Shown here in pieces: positions 1 through 24,310 of a DNA stretch of 64,000 bases (within the stretch, counting starts at the first letter, position 1; each line of letters begins with the position of its first letter). Under the pieces are notes generated by a model. That model was not told the origin of the DNA. It made no database searches and saw only the letters and a program-made list of their open reading frames with translations. The stretch is from Prorocentrum cordatum. Its lineage: Eukaryota. The translations under genes were made by a program, and so were the position numbers. The stretch is from the NCBI GenBank assembly GCA_963575745.1, contig CAUYUJ010000331.1, positions 1 to 64,000 of the forward strand, written 5' to 3'.

Positions 1-8405
<8,405 letters not shown>

Positions 8406-8784
8406 CAGGGAAGCTGGAAAAGGTAGAAGCCAGAAAATCAGTGAAAGGAGAAGTGGCCAGGGCTGGAAAAACTAGCACTGTGTGAAACAAGCCCGAAACA
8501 GTAGGGATGCGGTCGCCGGGGCTGGAGAAACAAAAGGAAACTGCCCAGGGCTGGAAAGAGTGCGAGGCGGGGATTTATCCATGTCCACCGCCTGGGAACC
8601 GACGTCCTGGTGCCCCAGCGGGCGGTGGATATGGATACAATTTGGCCCTTGGGGCCCGAATATGTCCATATCCACCGCCTGCCGAGGTCTCCGATAATTG
8701 ATCCTCCAGGCGGTGGTCATGTATAAGTTCCCGCCTCGGAAAAAGCAGAGGGGCCGGCCGCAGTTACTTTTTCCAGCTTCCATG
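8406..8784. mobile_element. Small non-autonomous TIR element (MITE-like)
   Basis: CAGGGAAGCTGGAAAAGGTA at 8406 and TACTTTTTCCAGCTTCCATG ending 8784 form a ~20-bp imperfect inverted pair. Subterminal GGGCTGGA repeats and internal TCCACCGCCTG/GGCGGTGG motifs are present. No TSD seen. Confidence 0.5.
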
Positions 8785-8905
8785 TCAAGATTCCTCCTCC
8801 CCGACGGCCGCCGAGGAACCTGCGGGGCCGGCCGGCGTGGTCGGCGCCCAGCGCGCGCGCGCGCCTTGTCGTACAGCTCGACACCCATATTGCGCAGCTT
8901 TTCCT

Positions 8906-8942
<37 letters not shown>

Positions 8943-10074
8943 TCTTTCTTTGTCATTATGTCTCCCTCCCGTCCTCGTTCCCTCTCCCTCTCTCTCTCAT
9001 GTGGTTTCTCTCTCTCTCCCTTTCTCTTCCCTCAAGGGCAGGAAAGAGAAGGGCGGAGGAGAGGAGGAGGAGAGAAGGAGGAGGCGGTAACCGGGAAGAG
9101 GTAGGGGGAAAGGGGAGGCACTGAGGAGGAAGGAGAGGAGGGAGGGAGGAAGGCGGGAGGAGGGATGGAGGAGGGAGGGAGAAGGAACGGACAAGTAGCT
9201 CAGAAGACGGAGGAGTGGTCAGGAGAGAAAGGAACAAAAGGATGAGTGAGGAGAGGGGACGGGGGTGCGGGGGCGAAGAAGGCCGAAAGAAGATTCGGCC
9301 TTTTCCGCATCATCCGGCTCCTGCTGATCCCCCCTCCTGCTCCCCCTCGTTCGCTTGCCCCCCTGCTCCTCGTCCTCGTCCTCCTCCTTCGCAGCCTCCT
9401 CCCCAGTCTCTCGACTCATCCTCCCTCCTCCCTCGTCCTCCTCATGTCTCTCCTACCCCCTCTCCATCCTCCCTCCTCCCTCTTCCTCCCGCACTCGCGC
9501 GCGGCTGCGGCTGGCTCTCCCTGATGGCGTCCGAGTCGGCAAAGCGCCTGGCCTGGCTTCGGGGGCAGAGAGGGAGTCTACCGACAGGCGCGGGAGGACA
9601 AGGAGGGGGAAGACTCCTCCTCCTCATCCTCCTCCTCCTCCTCCTCCTCCTCCTCCTCCCCTCCTCCTCCTCCCCCTCCCCCTCCCCCTCCCCCTCCCCC
9701 TCCCCCCCCCCCTGCTTGTTGCCGTCGACGGCAAGCCGCAGCCCAGGTACACCACGAGCGGGGAGGCGAGGCCCACAAGGAGGATAAAGAACCCGAGGAG
9801 CGAAGCCGAGTCGTCAGAGACCGCATCGAGCGCGACAGGCGCAGAGGCAAAAACGGGCGGCTTGCACCGTCCAAGGACCAACCTGCCTCGGAGAACCAGG
9901 CGCCACAGGCCCGGTCGAAGACGAGGCGGGGTCATCACGCACAGGCTGGCTGCTCGAAGCTGCGGCCAAGAGGCGCCTCATGGCTGCCTCGAGGCGCAGC
10001 TCCCGGGCCGAGGCCTCCACCTCTGAGGGAGATGGGGGGCTCAGGGGCGGGGACCTCCGCTAGGAGGTGTGGGG

Positions 10075-10232
10075 GGGGGCACACGCGAACACTACCCCTA
10101 CCCCCTATCCCCCACGATCTCTGAGGGGGAGGAGTGGGGTTCACTTCGCTCGAGAGCTCCCGAGCGAAGTGAACCCCACCCTCCCCCTCAGAAATCGTGG
10201 GGGGTAAGGGGTAGGGTTCGCGTGTGGCCCCC
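10075..10232. repeat. Long near-palindrome (foldback)
   Basis: Perfect 19-bp core arms at 10134-10152 and 10161-10179, extending imperfectly to about 75 bp per arm. Confidence 0.85.
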
Positions 10233-10896
10233 TACTCCTCATCCTCCGCCTCCGAATGTACGAACGCCCGAGGGCCGACGTTCACCGTGACGCCAGAGCA
10301 ACCCTGGATGCCGTTCACGACAAAGTTCCTCCGGGCGAGCTTTCTCCCTTGGGCGCCGACAGGCGGGAGAGGCCTGGCTCGGGCTTGGTCGCCCGTCGCA
10401 TGGTGGCCACAGTCCATGCGCACAGAAACCAAACTCGAGTCCGCCGCGTCAACAGACAATATCTTGCGCCCGAAGACCGCAATCGATCGGGCGTTGGCAG
10501 AACTGGGTTTAGTGGGACCTGGTTCAGTGATGTGTACTGGGGGACGCCCCCACGCCCCGTTCCACTAACCGGAACTGCCGTCACCCGAAAAGCACCAGCT
10601 ACGGCAGACCTGGTGTAGTGATTCTGGTCCATTTAGGGGCTCCAGGGCACTACTGCTAACCGGGTCCATACCCTTACCTGGGGTCCTGGCTATACCCGAA
10701 TCTAGGAGCATCATAGCCTCGGATCCCGACACCGACTCCACCTCGGCAAACTCCCTGGGCGGGCCGATCTCTCGAGCGAGCTCCACCGAAACACCTCGAG
10801 CACTGCCGGCAGCGCCCCCGCCCAGGACCAGCGGTGGCTCTGCCTGACGGGCTTAGAAACAACAGCGCTGGGACGAGGCTCCACTCTGGCAACATT

Positions 10897-11104
10897 GTCG
10901 GGGAGACGTAAGACTCGGGTACGGGGGATTCGGGATGGCCTGACGGGGGCCATGTTTCAAATAACGAGACACAATCTGAAATTTGACGCGGGCTCCCGCT
11001 GCAGACATCCCACGAAAACGGGACCGTCAAAATCCAGGACGCGCTCGCCAAAAAAAGTTGGCAAACCCGAGGTCTGGCTTACTCGAGTCTTACGTTTCCC
11101 CGAC
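10897..11104. mobile_element. 208-bp MITE-like element with ~25-bp TIRs and ATT direct repeat
   Basis: GTCGGGGAGACGTAAGACTCGGGTA ... TACTCGAGTCTTACGTTTCCCCGAC, flanked by ATT at 10894-10896 and 11105-11107. Confidence 0.65.
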
Positions 11105-12639
11105 ATTAGGCCCCATCTCGAGCCTAGGCCAGAGGGGCGAAGGTTTGGCAGCAAACTTACACTCAGCAAGTGCCACCCTGAATGATCATCAAGCTGCTGG
11201 ACAATCTCCCGATCAAACTCGGGATGCAAATCGAAGCGCTTTTAACCGACAAATCCACAGCATAGCTACCTTCGCGCAGGAAGCGCGCCTCGTCATCTTC
11301 GCCCTCTGAAGTGGGTTTTGGCCTTAGAAACCAAACACTGAGACGAAAACTCTCTACAGAACTGGGCAACTCTGGCACACATACGCCAAGAGGATCACTG
11401 TAGATGGAAGGACAAGCCGTGGAAACCAACACTATTCTGGCAGTCTAAATGCAGGGTGGACTGACCAACGCACCACTGCTGAGCAACACTGTAGGTGAAA
11501 AACTCGACGGCCTGGGGGGTATGGGGCGCAGGGCCCCAAACGGGACTGAGGACTCGGACCACTTCGAGACATGCAACACGATCCTAAACCGAGCACGCCC
11601 AACCAGCACGACTCGGCTCCGAAACAATCCTTCTCGCACAGGATCCTCGCACAGGATCCATCTCCGAAAATGTCCCCTTGGCTATCTCTGGAAAAGGTCA
11701 CCTTCGACTCCTTGAGCCCATTCAACTTGCATTCCTCCTGGCGTGGCTGGCCCTGGAAGCTTATCAGCAGGATGCGGGGGAAGCATAAAACACGAAGTAG
11801 GCAAGCGCATCATCGGCTTCGGCTGCGAACCTACGAACAGCGTCAGAAACAAGCTCTGATTGCTCAACTTCAACAGCCGTGCACTCCCAAACTCAGTGCC
11901 TTCGTGTGTCACGGGCCTCGCGGCACAGGTCAAAGAGCTCTAAGGTGACGTAACCTAGGCTGACGGCTCGAGCACGCGTGTAGCTGGTATCGCAAAACAA
12001 GGCACGAATGCACCCATGCTGGAAGGGCGTGAACTTCTTCGACCGTAAAGAATGCAAGGTGTCATCTACACACGCCCTGGAAGACAGGTTGAGGCGGGCC
12101 CCCAGGTCCCACTCCAAACCACGGAGAACTGCTTCCAACAGCAAAACCTTAATCAGACACGGCGAAACCCCGTCAGTTGAATCACATGCCCCCGGTAGGT
12201 CAAAAACTCCGCGAACGAAAGTATGGCCCGGGAAATTCGTTCACAGCTCGCCCGCAGCCCAGATTTTACGCAACTTTGCGAGGGGGACAGAGTAGGGGTA
12301 GAGATTAAGGTGGGAAATCCAGACCTCCTTCGCCCACCTTGTCCAGACCTCCTTCGCCCACCTCACCGTGAGCGCCACGGCAGCGAGCCAGCAAGGCTCC
12401 TGATGAGCCAAAGAGCAGACACGCGAGACTACGGCCATTGGCTGACGGCTTCAAAGCCACAGCAGCTTGCCTCTTAAACATCAACAACTCGTGGCCCGTG
12501 ACCCCATGGATGTGGGCTCCGAAAAAATCGGTGGCCAGAGCCCCAGACTGTGCGGGCGACCCTCCCTCCGACGGCCCGGCGGACCCTGGACACCCTGGAA
12601 AAACAAGTAGCCCAGAACGATTGACACAAGCCTCGGCTT

Positions 12640-14400
12640 TGCCTCCTCAGCCTTACCCATACTCAGACTCACTCATACTAAGAAGCACTCATACTCGGAC
12701 TCACACATTCTCAGGCCCATCCCTAACTATGGCTCGAACACGTCGCTTTATCCTTCAGAATCATTCGTGCTGAGGATCACCCATGCTCAAACTCACACAA
12801 AACCAAGCATTCAGACTCCCTCATACTCAGACTCATTCAGAATCAGACCGACCCACACTCAGACTCACTCATATTCACACTCGGCCATACTCCGACTCAG
12901 TCGAATCACTTACTCCCTCAAAGACACTCATGCTCAGACTCACTCTTCCCTTCACGCTGACTCGGGCGCATCACCCCCTCACTCAAACTCACGCATGCTC
13001 TGAATGACTCACGCACACACAGCCACACACCGTGAGAATGTCTCCGGCGAAGCGTTGGCTTCCGCACACCTTGGGGGGGGCCGCCACTGGGTATGACACA
13101 GGCCCGCTCGCGCCCAAATTGTGGGAGTGTTTCCGGCAGTTTGCTTGTTTTGGTGGCCGGAGCCAACTGCATGGACGTTTCGGGCGAGGCGCTGGCTTCA
13201 CACCCCAGGGACGAGCTGCCCAGGGTGTTACACGGGCCCGTTCGCGCCCAGTTTGTGTTGATGCCTAAAGCGGCTTGCCCGTGCGCATGCTCAACATCTT
13301 CTGCTGTCGGAACACACCGCCAGGATATATCAGGCGAGGCGTTGGTGTCAACACCCCAACGGGGAGCCGCCCAGGCGTATGACACGGGCCCATTCGCGCC
13401 CAGATTGTGGTGATGTCTCAAGCGGTTTGCCCGTTCGAAAGTTCAGCATCGTGTGTTGTCCGAACAATTTGTGAAGATGTCTCAGGCGATTTGCCTGCTT
13501 CTGCCCCCTTCTGGCTTGTCTGTTTCGTGGTCCGATGACTACCGCTATATAACATGCGTGGCACTTGGGCATCCCAAGAGGGAGCCGCCAGGGGCGGGGA
13601 CACTCCAGGATTCGCGTCCAGATTGCAGGGGTGCCTCAAGCGGTTTGCCTGTTTCTGCCCCCCGTAATGTTTTGGGCGGTCCAATGCTTACCGTGATATA
13701 CTAGGCGTGGCATTTGGGTACCCCAAGGCGGAGCTGCCAGGGGTGTGGACACTTCAGGATTCATGCGCACACTGGACGAAAGTCCCACACGGTTTGCATG
13801 CTTCCGCCCCCATAAAGTTGTTTTGGGATTCGTGCGTTCCCCACTCATTCAATCACTTCCTTCCCCCTTGTCCCCACCCGGACGCACTCATTCGCAGCCG
13901 GAATTACTCATCAGCAACTGCTCCTAACCAAAAACTCAAAGTCGCATCCAAACTCGTTGACATTCACATTCGATAATTAGCAGAACCAAATATACTCATT
14001 CAGTCCTGCTCAGAATCGATCAAAGTCCGAATCACGCACACCCGGTCCAATTCACATTCAGAGCCACCCGCACTCAGACCCAGCAGCCGTCGGAATCACT
14101 CGCACTCTGACTACCTCGCACCCAAGCTCACCCATCTTCATATTCGTACTCATCACAATCAAACTCTGACTGTGATGAGTACGAATCACACTCAGACTGA
14201 AGCACACTCAGACAAAGTCGCGCACACACTCGCCCGGATTTAGACTCACGCATACTAAGACCCACTTGTACTCAGACTGACCGTATCCAGACCATTCACA
14301 CTGAAGCTCACAAATCTATTCACACTCCGACTCGCTCAATATCAGATCACCCACGCTCTGATTCTTACAATAAGGCTCACATACAAATGGCTACCGCGAT
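12640..14400. repeat. Degenerate (ACTCA/GACTCA)-rich low-complexity repeat with an internal block of degenerate longer repeats (~13040-13830)
   Basis: Recurrent ACTCAGACTCAC-like words. The internal block repeats GAGC(C/T)GCC..GG and GCGGTTTGCC motifs. Confidence 0.6.
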
Positions 14401-15049
14401 ATAGCCAGCATGGCAATCTGGCACCCTCAATGCCAGCAGGCGCCGCGAGTAGCACGCCAGAGAGCGGGCGTAGCAAGTCCATGAGCGCTTGCCTGAGTTG
14501 CCGCGGGAGACCAGCAAGAGGAACTCTCCTTGTTATTACATGTTCGTTCCCCTCGTCTTGCCTGAAATATGTCCAGAGGAGGAGGAGGAGGAGGACGTCA
14601 CTGAAGTCGTCGCTGTCGTCGTCATTGCCACGCCTGTCGTCTACGCGGACTCGCTCACACACCCAGATACTCATAGACAGAGTTCCTCAGCGGAACGTGA
14701 CAAAAATATGGGATGCAAATATGGCGAGCTCCGCGTCGAGTAAGTTTGAACGGTCATCCTGATCCTCCGCCTCGTCATCATCCTCATCCTCCCCATCATC
14801 CTTCTTCTCCTCCCTCCCCCTTCCTTCATTCCCATCTTTATCCCGCCTAACCCTGCTCCTCCACTTCCTTTAACTACACTTGCTGCCCGTGCTCCTCCAC
14901 ATTATCCCCCTTTTTATCAAGACCAACCCCATTCCTGCTGAAACAATCTCCCTGTCACACCGCTAGACGTGTCGTTAGGGCGGGCTGGGCGTATCGCATG
15001 AGGCTTCCGCACAGGTCACTGTCTGAGAGATTGAATGTTTCAGTAGTCG

Positions 15050-15670
15050 CACGCGTGGAGAGCGGGTGATTTTCAAAATGGGGCTCTCCCACCATAACGC
15101 CGCGCAAAATCGTCTGTAGTACTCCGATCAGGAACACGAATGGAGGGCGAGTGGCTTTCAAAATGGGGCGTGCACTCGTATAACAACTGTCCAACATTTA
15201 CACGGACGGAGGGCGGGTGATTTTCAAAAGGAGACTCTCGGCGTGACGCCGCGCACACTCGTTTCAAAAAAAAACAAAGTTGCACGAGTGGGGGGCGGTT
15301 CCTTTCAACATGGGCCTCCAGCATGAGAATTCATCAACAACGAGAGCCAGAACAGGTGCAACGATGCGCAAAAATTGAACGGACTGACGGTTGTTCCCTT
15401 TCACCATGGGGCTCTCCCTTGAGACGTCGTTTGGTGTGTGGCCGAACGTACAATTTATTCGGTACGGATGGAGGACGTTTCCTTCTGAGAGCGGCGCTAT
15501 CGCTGGGCACTTCGCTGAACTTTATGACACTTCCCTGTAGCAGTCCCTGTAGCTCGGAGAATGGAGGGCAGCTTCGTTCAAAGCGAAACTCCCGCATGAC
15601 TTACGGGCCCACGGGGCGCTCATCATTAAAGACATCGCTTCGCGCAACGAACGCGAATGCTTGGAGGGAC
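15050..15670. repeat. Degenerate ~70-100 bp tandem repeat
   Basis: GGAGGGCGGGTGATTTTCAAAATGGGG-like motif near 15057, 15142, 15208, 15290, 15390, 15470 and 15563. Confidence 0.6.
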
Positions 15671-15844
15671 AAACCAACTAAGAGACCTCGAGACGGGATG
15701 GTGTATTACAGCATCGCTGCTAGATCTTGGGCTTGCTCCGACTATCCGCCGATCCCTCCTCCTCCGCCTCCTCCTCCTTCTTATTATTATTGTGCTCAGT
15801 CTTATGATTCGCCTTGTTACACTACTCCTACTCGTAAACCTCCT

Positions 15845-18290
<2,446 letters not shown>

Positions 18291-20884
18291 AATACAATAA
18301 TACTGAGTTCATCATGCTTTTCCTCCTCCTCCTGATCCGCATCCGCATCCGCATCCTCATCCTCGTCCGCATCGGCATCCTCATCCTCTCGGGGGCGGGG
18401 CCGCCTGACGCATGGACTCCCGCTCCGAGACCAGCGCCAGGATCTCCTCCTGCGCGGGTGGGGCGGCGCCCGGGGTAGAGGGGGAGAGAGGGGGTTGCGG
18501 CGGCAGATCTGCGGCACGCTCTGCCCCCGGGCAGGGGCAAACGACGACGACGACGACGACGAAGACGACGACAGCGACGAACGACCAGGGATGAAACGAC
18601 GACTACGACGACGGGCAAGTCGGGGTGGGAAAGCACCAACGGTGACGACGACCAGGGGGAGGGGAAAAGGCTCTGAGCGGGGAGACTGGGGAAGGGGAAG
18701 AAAAAAAGGGGAAAGGAGACGGGGAGGGGGAGAAGGAGAGGAGAGAGGGCAAGCTAGGCACGCTCGCGCCATATCTGACATCCTACCCCTCTCACCCATC
18801 GCTTCCCATTGCGCTGATATATTCTCTATCCGCTGACGCGCGTCATAGCGGACCTGGAGCTCCAAAATGGACCCCATCGTGTCATGCGGAATTACAAAAG
18901 GGGAGCTGCATGCAATGGGTGGCGAATTTGCAGGGGGAAAAGGAGGAGGGTGATGGAGAGGGGAGAGGGGGAGGGGGGCGGGGCGAGGGAGACGGATGGA
19001 AACACCTCCGCTCCTCATTCTTCGAGCGTCGCCTCACCTTCGTGAATCCGCTGGCTCCTGCTCTCACCCGTTTTATGTTTTTGCAGCGGAAAGGCAGCGT
19101 GGCTCTGGGACACCTCCTAGCCCGACCACGCGACTGACCACGCACTGCCAAGATGAAAGGGGAACACTGGGGAGGAGCAGCAGCAGCAGCAGCAACAGCA
19201 GACTGTCACGCCGGTATCTCCGACTTCACTACGCAATGCGTCGCCTGGTCAACATACCAGTCCCGAAAACTACAAGGCCTGTGACGAAGGGGAGCAAGCC
19301 AGAACATCGATGGAGGGTGGCCTTGCCCCAGAACCGTTGGCCAGCAAACCGCTGGCCAGTGATGAGCCAAACTCCCTCCCTTCCCCGATCCTGGAGGGAA
19401 ACGATAGGGGAGGACCTACTCAGGCAGGAAACAGCGAGCTTGAATCGGCGGTGCATCGCGGATAGATCGGAAATAGGCCCCCATCAACGAAACCGCAGAT
19501 TCCTGGGAGGGGTGGCTTGTCAATCCCCACAACGGCGTTGAATGGGCATTTCGGGATCCATGCACTCCCCCCATGAGCCTTTCCCCACTTCAATGTTGCC
19601 CCTGACCTCATCTTCCCGACGTCGGCAGTTCCTCTTCCCACCAGGTGCTGGCATTAAAAAAAAAAATCCAGGCGAAGGCCGAGACACCACGCGCATGGAA
19701 GGGGCACGCAGGCCAGCTCGCGAACCGGTGCCGAGGCCTCGGCGGGTCGTCTGGAGAGGAGACGACGACCACCACCACCGCGACGTCGACGACGCCAACG
19801 ACGATGACGACGATCACAGCCACCACGACGACGAACACGACCACAACGACCACGACCACGACCACGACGAGGGCGGCGGCGGCGGCGACGACGACGACGA
19901 CGGCGGCGGCGGCGCTTCGGCGGCCAACCGCCAGGCGAGGAGGACGAGGAAGAGGAGGAGAATGAGAGGGAGAAGGAGGAGGAGGAGAAGGAGGAGGAAA
20001 AGGAGGAGGGGGAGGAGGAGGAGGAGGAGGAAAAGGAGGAGGAAGAGGCGGCTCTTCGGGCGGATAGTTCGCCATCGCGCCCAAAGGGCCTCGGACCCCC
20101 AGGGGGCGGCCGCCCGGCGCTCCCCCGCCGCGAGGCCGCCGGGGCCCCCCCCCGCGGGCCTCGGGGCAGCGAGGGCCTCCGCCGCTCGAGCCCGGGCAGC
20201 AGGCAGCAGGCAACACGCGCATCGCTACGCTGCCTCCTCCTCCTCCTCCTCCTCCTCCTCCTCCTCCTCCTCCTCCTCCTCCTCCTCTCCTTCCTCCTCT
20301 TCCTCCTCCTCCCTCCTCCTCCTCCTCCTCCTCCTCCTCCTCCTCCTCCTCCTCCTCCTCCTCCTCCTCCTCCTCTTAAGGAAGCTCTACGAGTCATTTT
20401 CAAGAGCTGTAAGGAGAAGAAGGAGTGAGGAGGAGAAGGAGATGGAGGAGGCTGAGGAAGAAAGGGGGAGGAGAAGGAGCAGGAGGAGGAGAAGGGGGGG
20501 AGGAGGAAGAGGAGGATGGCGAGCAGGAGGGGGGAGCGTGGAGGGGGAGAAAGAAAGACGATGATGATGATGATGATGAGAAGGAAGATGAGGAGGAGGA
20601 GAAAGAGAAGGAGAAGGAGGGGAAAGAGGAGAAGGAGCAGATGAAGGAGGAAGAGGAGGAGGAAGAGGAGGAGGAAGAGGAGGAAGAGGAGGAGCAGGAG
20701 GAGGAGGAAGAGGGGAGAGGAGGAAGAATTATCCCGGCAAAGCAACCTAACAGCGATGTGTAGGAGCATATCTGGAAGCATTCCCCTTAAGATTCGGATG
20801 AGAATCCTGTTGTAGAATTCTGCTGTTCTCGCAGTCGTAGTCGCATTCGCGATGGCAGTCGCAGTGGCAACGGCCGTCGCAGTC

Positions 20885-22658
20885 ACAGCCTCAGCCTCAG
20901 CCTGCCTCAGCCTCAGCCTCAGCCTGCCTCAGCCTCAGCCTGCCTCAGCCTCAGCCTCAGCCTGCGTCAGCCTCAACATCAGTCTGCGTTCAGGCTCGGC
21001 CTCAGCCTCAGCCTGCCTCAGACTCACCCTGCATCAGCCTCAGCCTCAGCCTCAGCCTGCCTCAGCATCAGCCTGCCTCAGCCTCAGCCTCTGCCTGCCT
21101 CTGCCTCAGCCTCAGCCTGCTTCAGCCTCAGCCTCAGTCTGCCGTCGGCCTCGGCCTCAGCCTCAGCCTGCCTCAGCCTCAGCCTGCATCAGCCTCAGCC
21201 TCAGCCTCAGCCTGCCTCAGCATCAGCCACCTCAGCCTCAGCCTCAGCCTCAGCCAGCCTCAGCCTCAGCCTCAGCCTGCTTCAGCCTCAGCCTCAGTCT
21301 GCCTGCAGCCTCGGCCTCTGCCTCAGCCTGCCTCAGCCTGCCTCAGCCTGAGCCTGCCTCAGCCTCAGCCTCAGCCTCAGCCTGCCTCAGCCTGAGCCTA
21401 CCTCAACCTCAGCCTCAGCCTGCCTCAGCCTCAGCCTCAGCCTGCCTCAGCCTCAGCCTCGGTCTGCCTTCAGCCTCGGCCTCAGCCACAGCCTGCCGCA
21501 GCCTCAGCCTGCATCAGACTCACCCTGCATCAGCCTCAGCCTCAGCCTCAGCCTGCCTCAGCATCAGCCTGCCTCAGCCTCAGCCTCAGCCTGCCTCTGC
21601 CTCAGCCTGCCTCAGCCTCAGCCTCAGCCTGCCTCAGCCTCAGCCTCAGCCTGCTTCAGCCTCAGCCTTAGTCTGCGTTAAGCCTCGGCCTCAGCCTCAG
21701 CTGCCGCAGCCTCAGCTGCATGAGCCTCAGCCTCAGCCTCAGCCTGCCTCAGCCTCAGCGTGCCTCAGCCTGCCTCAGCCTGCCTCAGCCTGCCTCAGCC
21801 TCAGCCTCAGCCTGCTTCAGCCTCAGCCTCAGTCTGCCTTCAGCCTCGGCCTCAGCCTCAGCCTGCCTCAGCCTCAGCCTGCATCAGCCTCAGCCTTAGC
21901 CTCAGCCTGCCTCAGCATCAGCCTGCCTCAGCCTCAGCCTCAGCCTGCCTCAGCATCAGCCTGCCTCAGCCTCATCCTCAGCGTGCCTCAGCCTCAGCCT
22001 CAGCCTGCTTCAGCCTCAGCCTCAGTCTGTCTTCAGCCTCGGCCTCAGCCTCAGCCTGCCTCAGCCTCAGCCTGCATGAGCCTCAGCCTCAGCCTCAGCA
22101 TGCCTCAGCATCAGCGTGCCTCAGCCTGCCTCAGCCTGCCTCAGCCTCAGCCTCAGCCTCAGCCTCAGCCTCAATCTGCCTTCAGCCTCGGCCTCAGCCT
22201 CAGCCTGCCTCAGCCTCAGCCTGCATGAGCCTCAGCCTCAGCCTCAGCCTGCCTCAGCATCAGCCTGCCTCAGCATCAGGCTCAGCCTGCCTCAGCCTCA
22301 GCCTCAGCCTGCTTCTGCCTCAGCCTCAGCCTGCCTGCAGCCTGCCTCAGCCTCAGCCTCAGCCTCAGCCTCAGCTCAGCCTCTCAGCCTCAGCCTCCTT
22401 CAGCCTCAGCCTTCAGCCTCGCCTCAGCCTCAGCCTGCCTCAGCCTCAGCCTGCATCAGCCTCAGCCTCAGCCTCAGCCTGCCTCAGCCTCAGCCTCAGC
22501 CTCAGCCTCAGCCTCAGCCTCAGCCTCAGCCTCAGCCTCAGCCTCAGCCTCAGCCTCAGCAGCCTTCAGCCTCAGCCTCAGTCTGCCTTCAGCCTCGGCC
22601 TCAGCCTCAGCCTGCCTCAGCCTCAGCCTGCCTCAGCCTCAGCATCAGCCTGCCTCAG
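20885..22658. repeat. (CCTCAG)n/(CCTG) compound microsatellite
   Basis: Directly visible. Confidence 0.97.
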
Positions 22659-23063
22659 CATTCAAAATGTGACCCGGGAATGGAGTTCTGGGAACTCGAA
22701 GGACACGAAGTGGCCTACAGTTGGCTCCGGGCATTCAAAATCATGCCCAGGAAGGGTGTTCTGGTTGGGAAGTCCAAGAGCACGAAGTGGCCTACAGTTG
22801 GCTCCGGGCATCCAAAATTCGGCCCGGGAATGGAGTTCTGGGAAGTCGAAGAGCACGAAGTGGCCTACAGTTGGCTCCGGGCATTCAAAATGTGGCCCGG
22901 GAATGGAGTTCGGGGACGTCGAAGAGCACGAAGTGGCCTACAGTTGGCTCCGGGCATTCAAAATGTGGCCCGGGAATGGAGTTTTGGGAGGTCGAAGAGC
23001 ACGAAGTGGCCTACAGTTGGTTCCGGGCATTCAAAATGTGGCCCGGGAATGGAGTTCTGGGAG
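22659..23063. repeat. 73-bp tandem minisatellite, ~5.5 copies
   Basis: CATTCAAAATGTGGCCCGGGAATGGAG...GAAGTGGCCTACAGTTGGCTCCGGG with ~73-bp period. Confidence 0.95.
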
Positions 23064-23299
23064 CGTCAAGAGCGATTTCGCGAGGATGTCTCAAGCGATT
23101 TGGGTGGCGGCGGCAGAGCGCCGGCAGATCGCCGGATCCCGCCCAGACCCCCCTGGGGAGTCATGATGCTCTCTTTTGACCCTACTAGAAACCTATCAGT
23201 CTTCGCTGTTAGGTAAAAAGAAGGAGAAGGAGAGGCGGAGGAGGAGGAAAGTGGGGGAGGAACAGAAGCTCCGAGAAGTGTTTCTCAGCTTCTTTGCCA

Positions 23300-23890
23300 G
23301 CCTACAGCTCGAATGAATTAGAGAAAAACGATCCTCATTTCAAGAAAAAAAACGCGGAGTAGGTATCAGCCTTGGTTGCAGCTTTGGTAGCAGACCGATC
23401 TGAGACAACTAGATGTTCAGAAATAGCGTTTCTGATGGTGTTCGGCCGATTGCTGTGCCAAACAGCTCTGTAGCTCATCTGCAGCTCGAGTTATACCAAG
23501 AATGTCATCATCATCTCTTAAACAATTAGCAGAGTACGGATAGCTTTTCGAACCCAGCTCTGGTAGCAGAGCAAGTTCGGGCATCTAGATACTTGAGACC
23601 AGCGCTTCTGCTGATTCTCTTTCGATTGCTGTGCCGAACAGCCCTGTAGCTCATCTGCAGCTCGAGTTATATCAAGATAGTCACCATCATCTCTTACAAA
23701 GATAGCAGAGTACAAATAGCTTTTCGGACCCAGCTCTGGTAACAGAGCGAGTTCGGGCATCTAGATACTTGAGACTAGCGTTTCTCATGATATAATTCGA
23801 TTGCTGTGCCGACCAGATTTGTAGCTCATCTGCAGCTCGAGCTAAGTCAAGAAAGTCATCATCATCTCTTGCCACAAAAAACAAAAAAAA

Positions 23891-23981
<91 letters not shown>

Positions 23982-24275
23982 GAATAGCTGTTCGGACCCA
24001 GCTCGGGTAGCAAAGCGAGTTCGGACATCCAGATACTTGAGACTAGCGCTTCTGGTGATGTTATTTCGATTGTTGTGCCGAACAAATCTGCAGCTCATCT
24101 GCAGCTCGAGTTAAGTCCAGAAAATCGACAGCACATGCTACGATAACACTGAACAGCCGATTCCGCCTGAGTGCTTTTTGACAGCAATATGTACCCGAAC
24201 GACCTGGGATTAACGATGGCGGGGGAATAAGATCGAAGATGAGGGGAAAAATACTGGAGCTCTATCGACATTTCA
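23300..24275 (-). repeat. Composite repeat unit H (partial): ~175-bp satellite array plus conserved GTGCTTTTTGACAG(C/T)AATATGTACC block
   Basis: Monomer AGCAGACCGAGTTCGGGCATCTAGATACTTGAGACTAGCG...CAGCTCTGTAGCTCATCTGCAGCTCGAG. The same block recurs near 27680, 28995, 41945 and inverted near 29955. Confidence 0.85.
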
Positions 24276-24310
24276 AACTGGAAGCTGGCGGGAAACCGTC
24301 GACCTCGGTT

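Noticed and set aside
10230..12640. Possible decayed coding or transposon sequence
   Set aside because: Only short ORFs with no recognisable motifs; needs BLASTX.
14952..14962. TGTCACACC as an LTR start
   Set aside because: No second LTR, PBS or gag/pol found.
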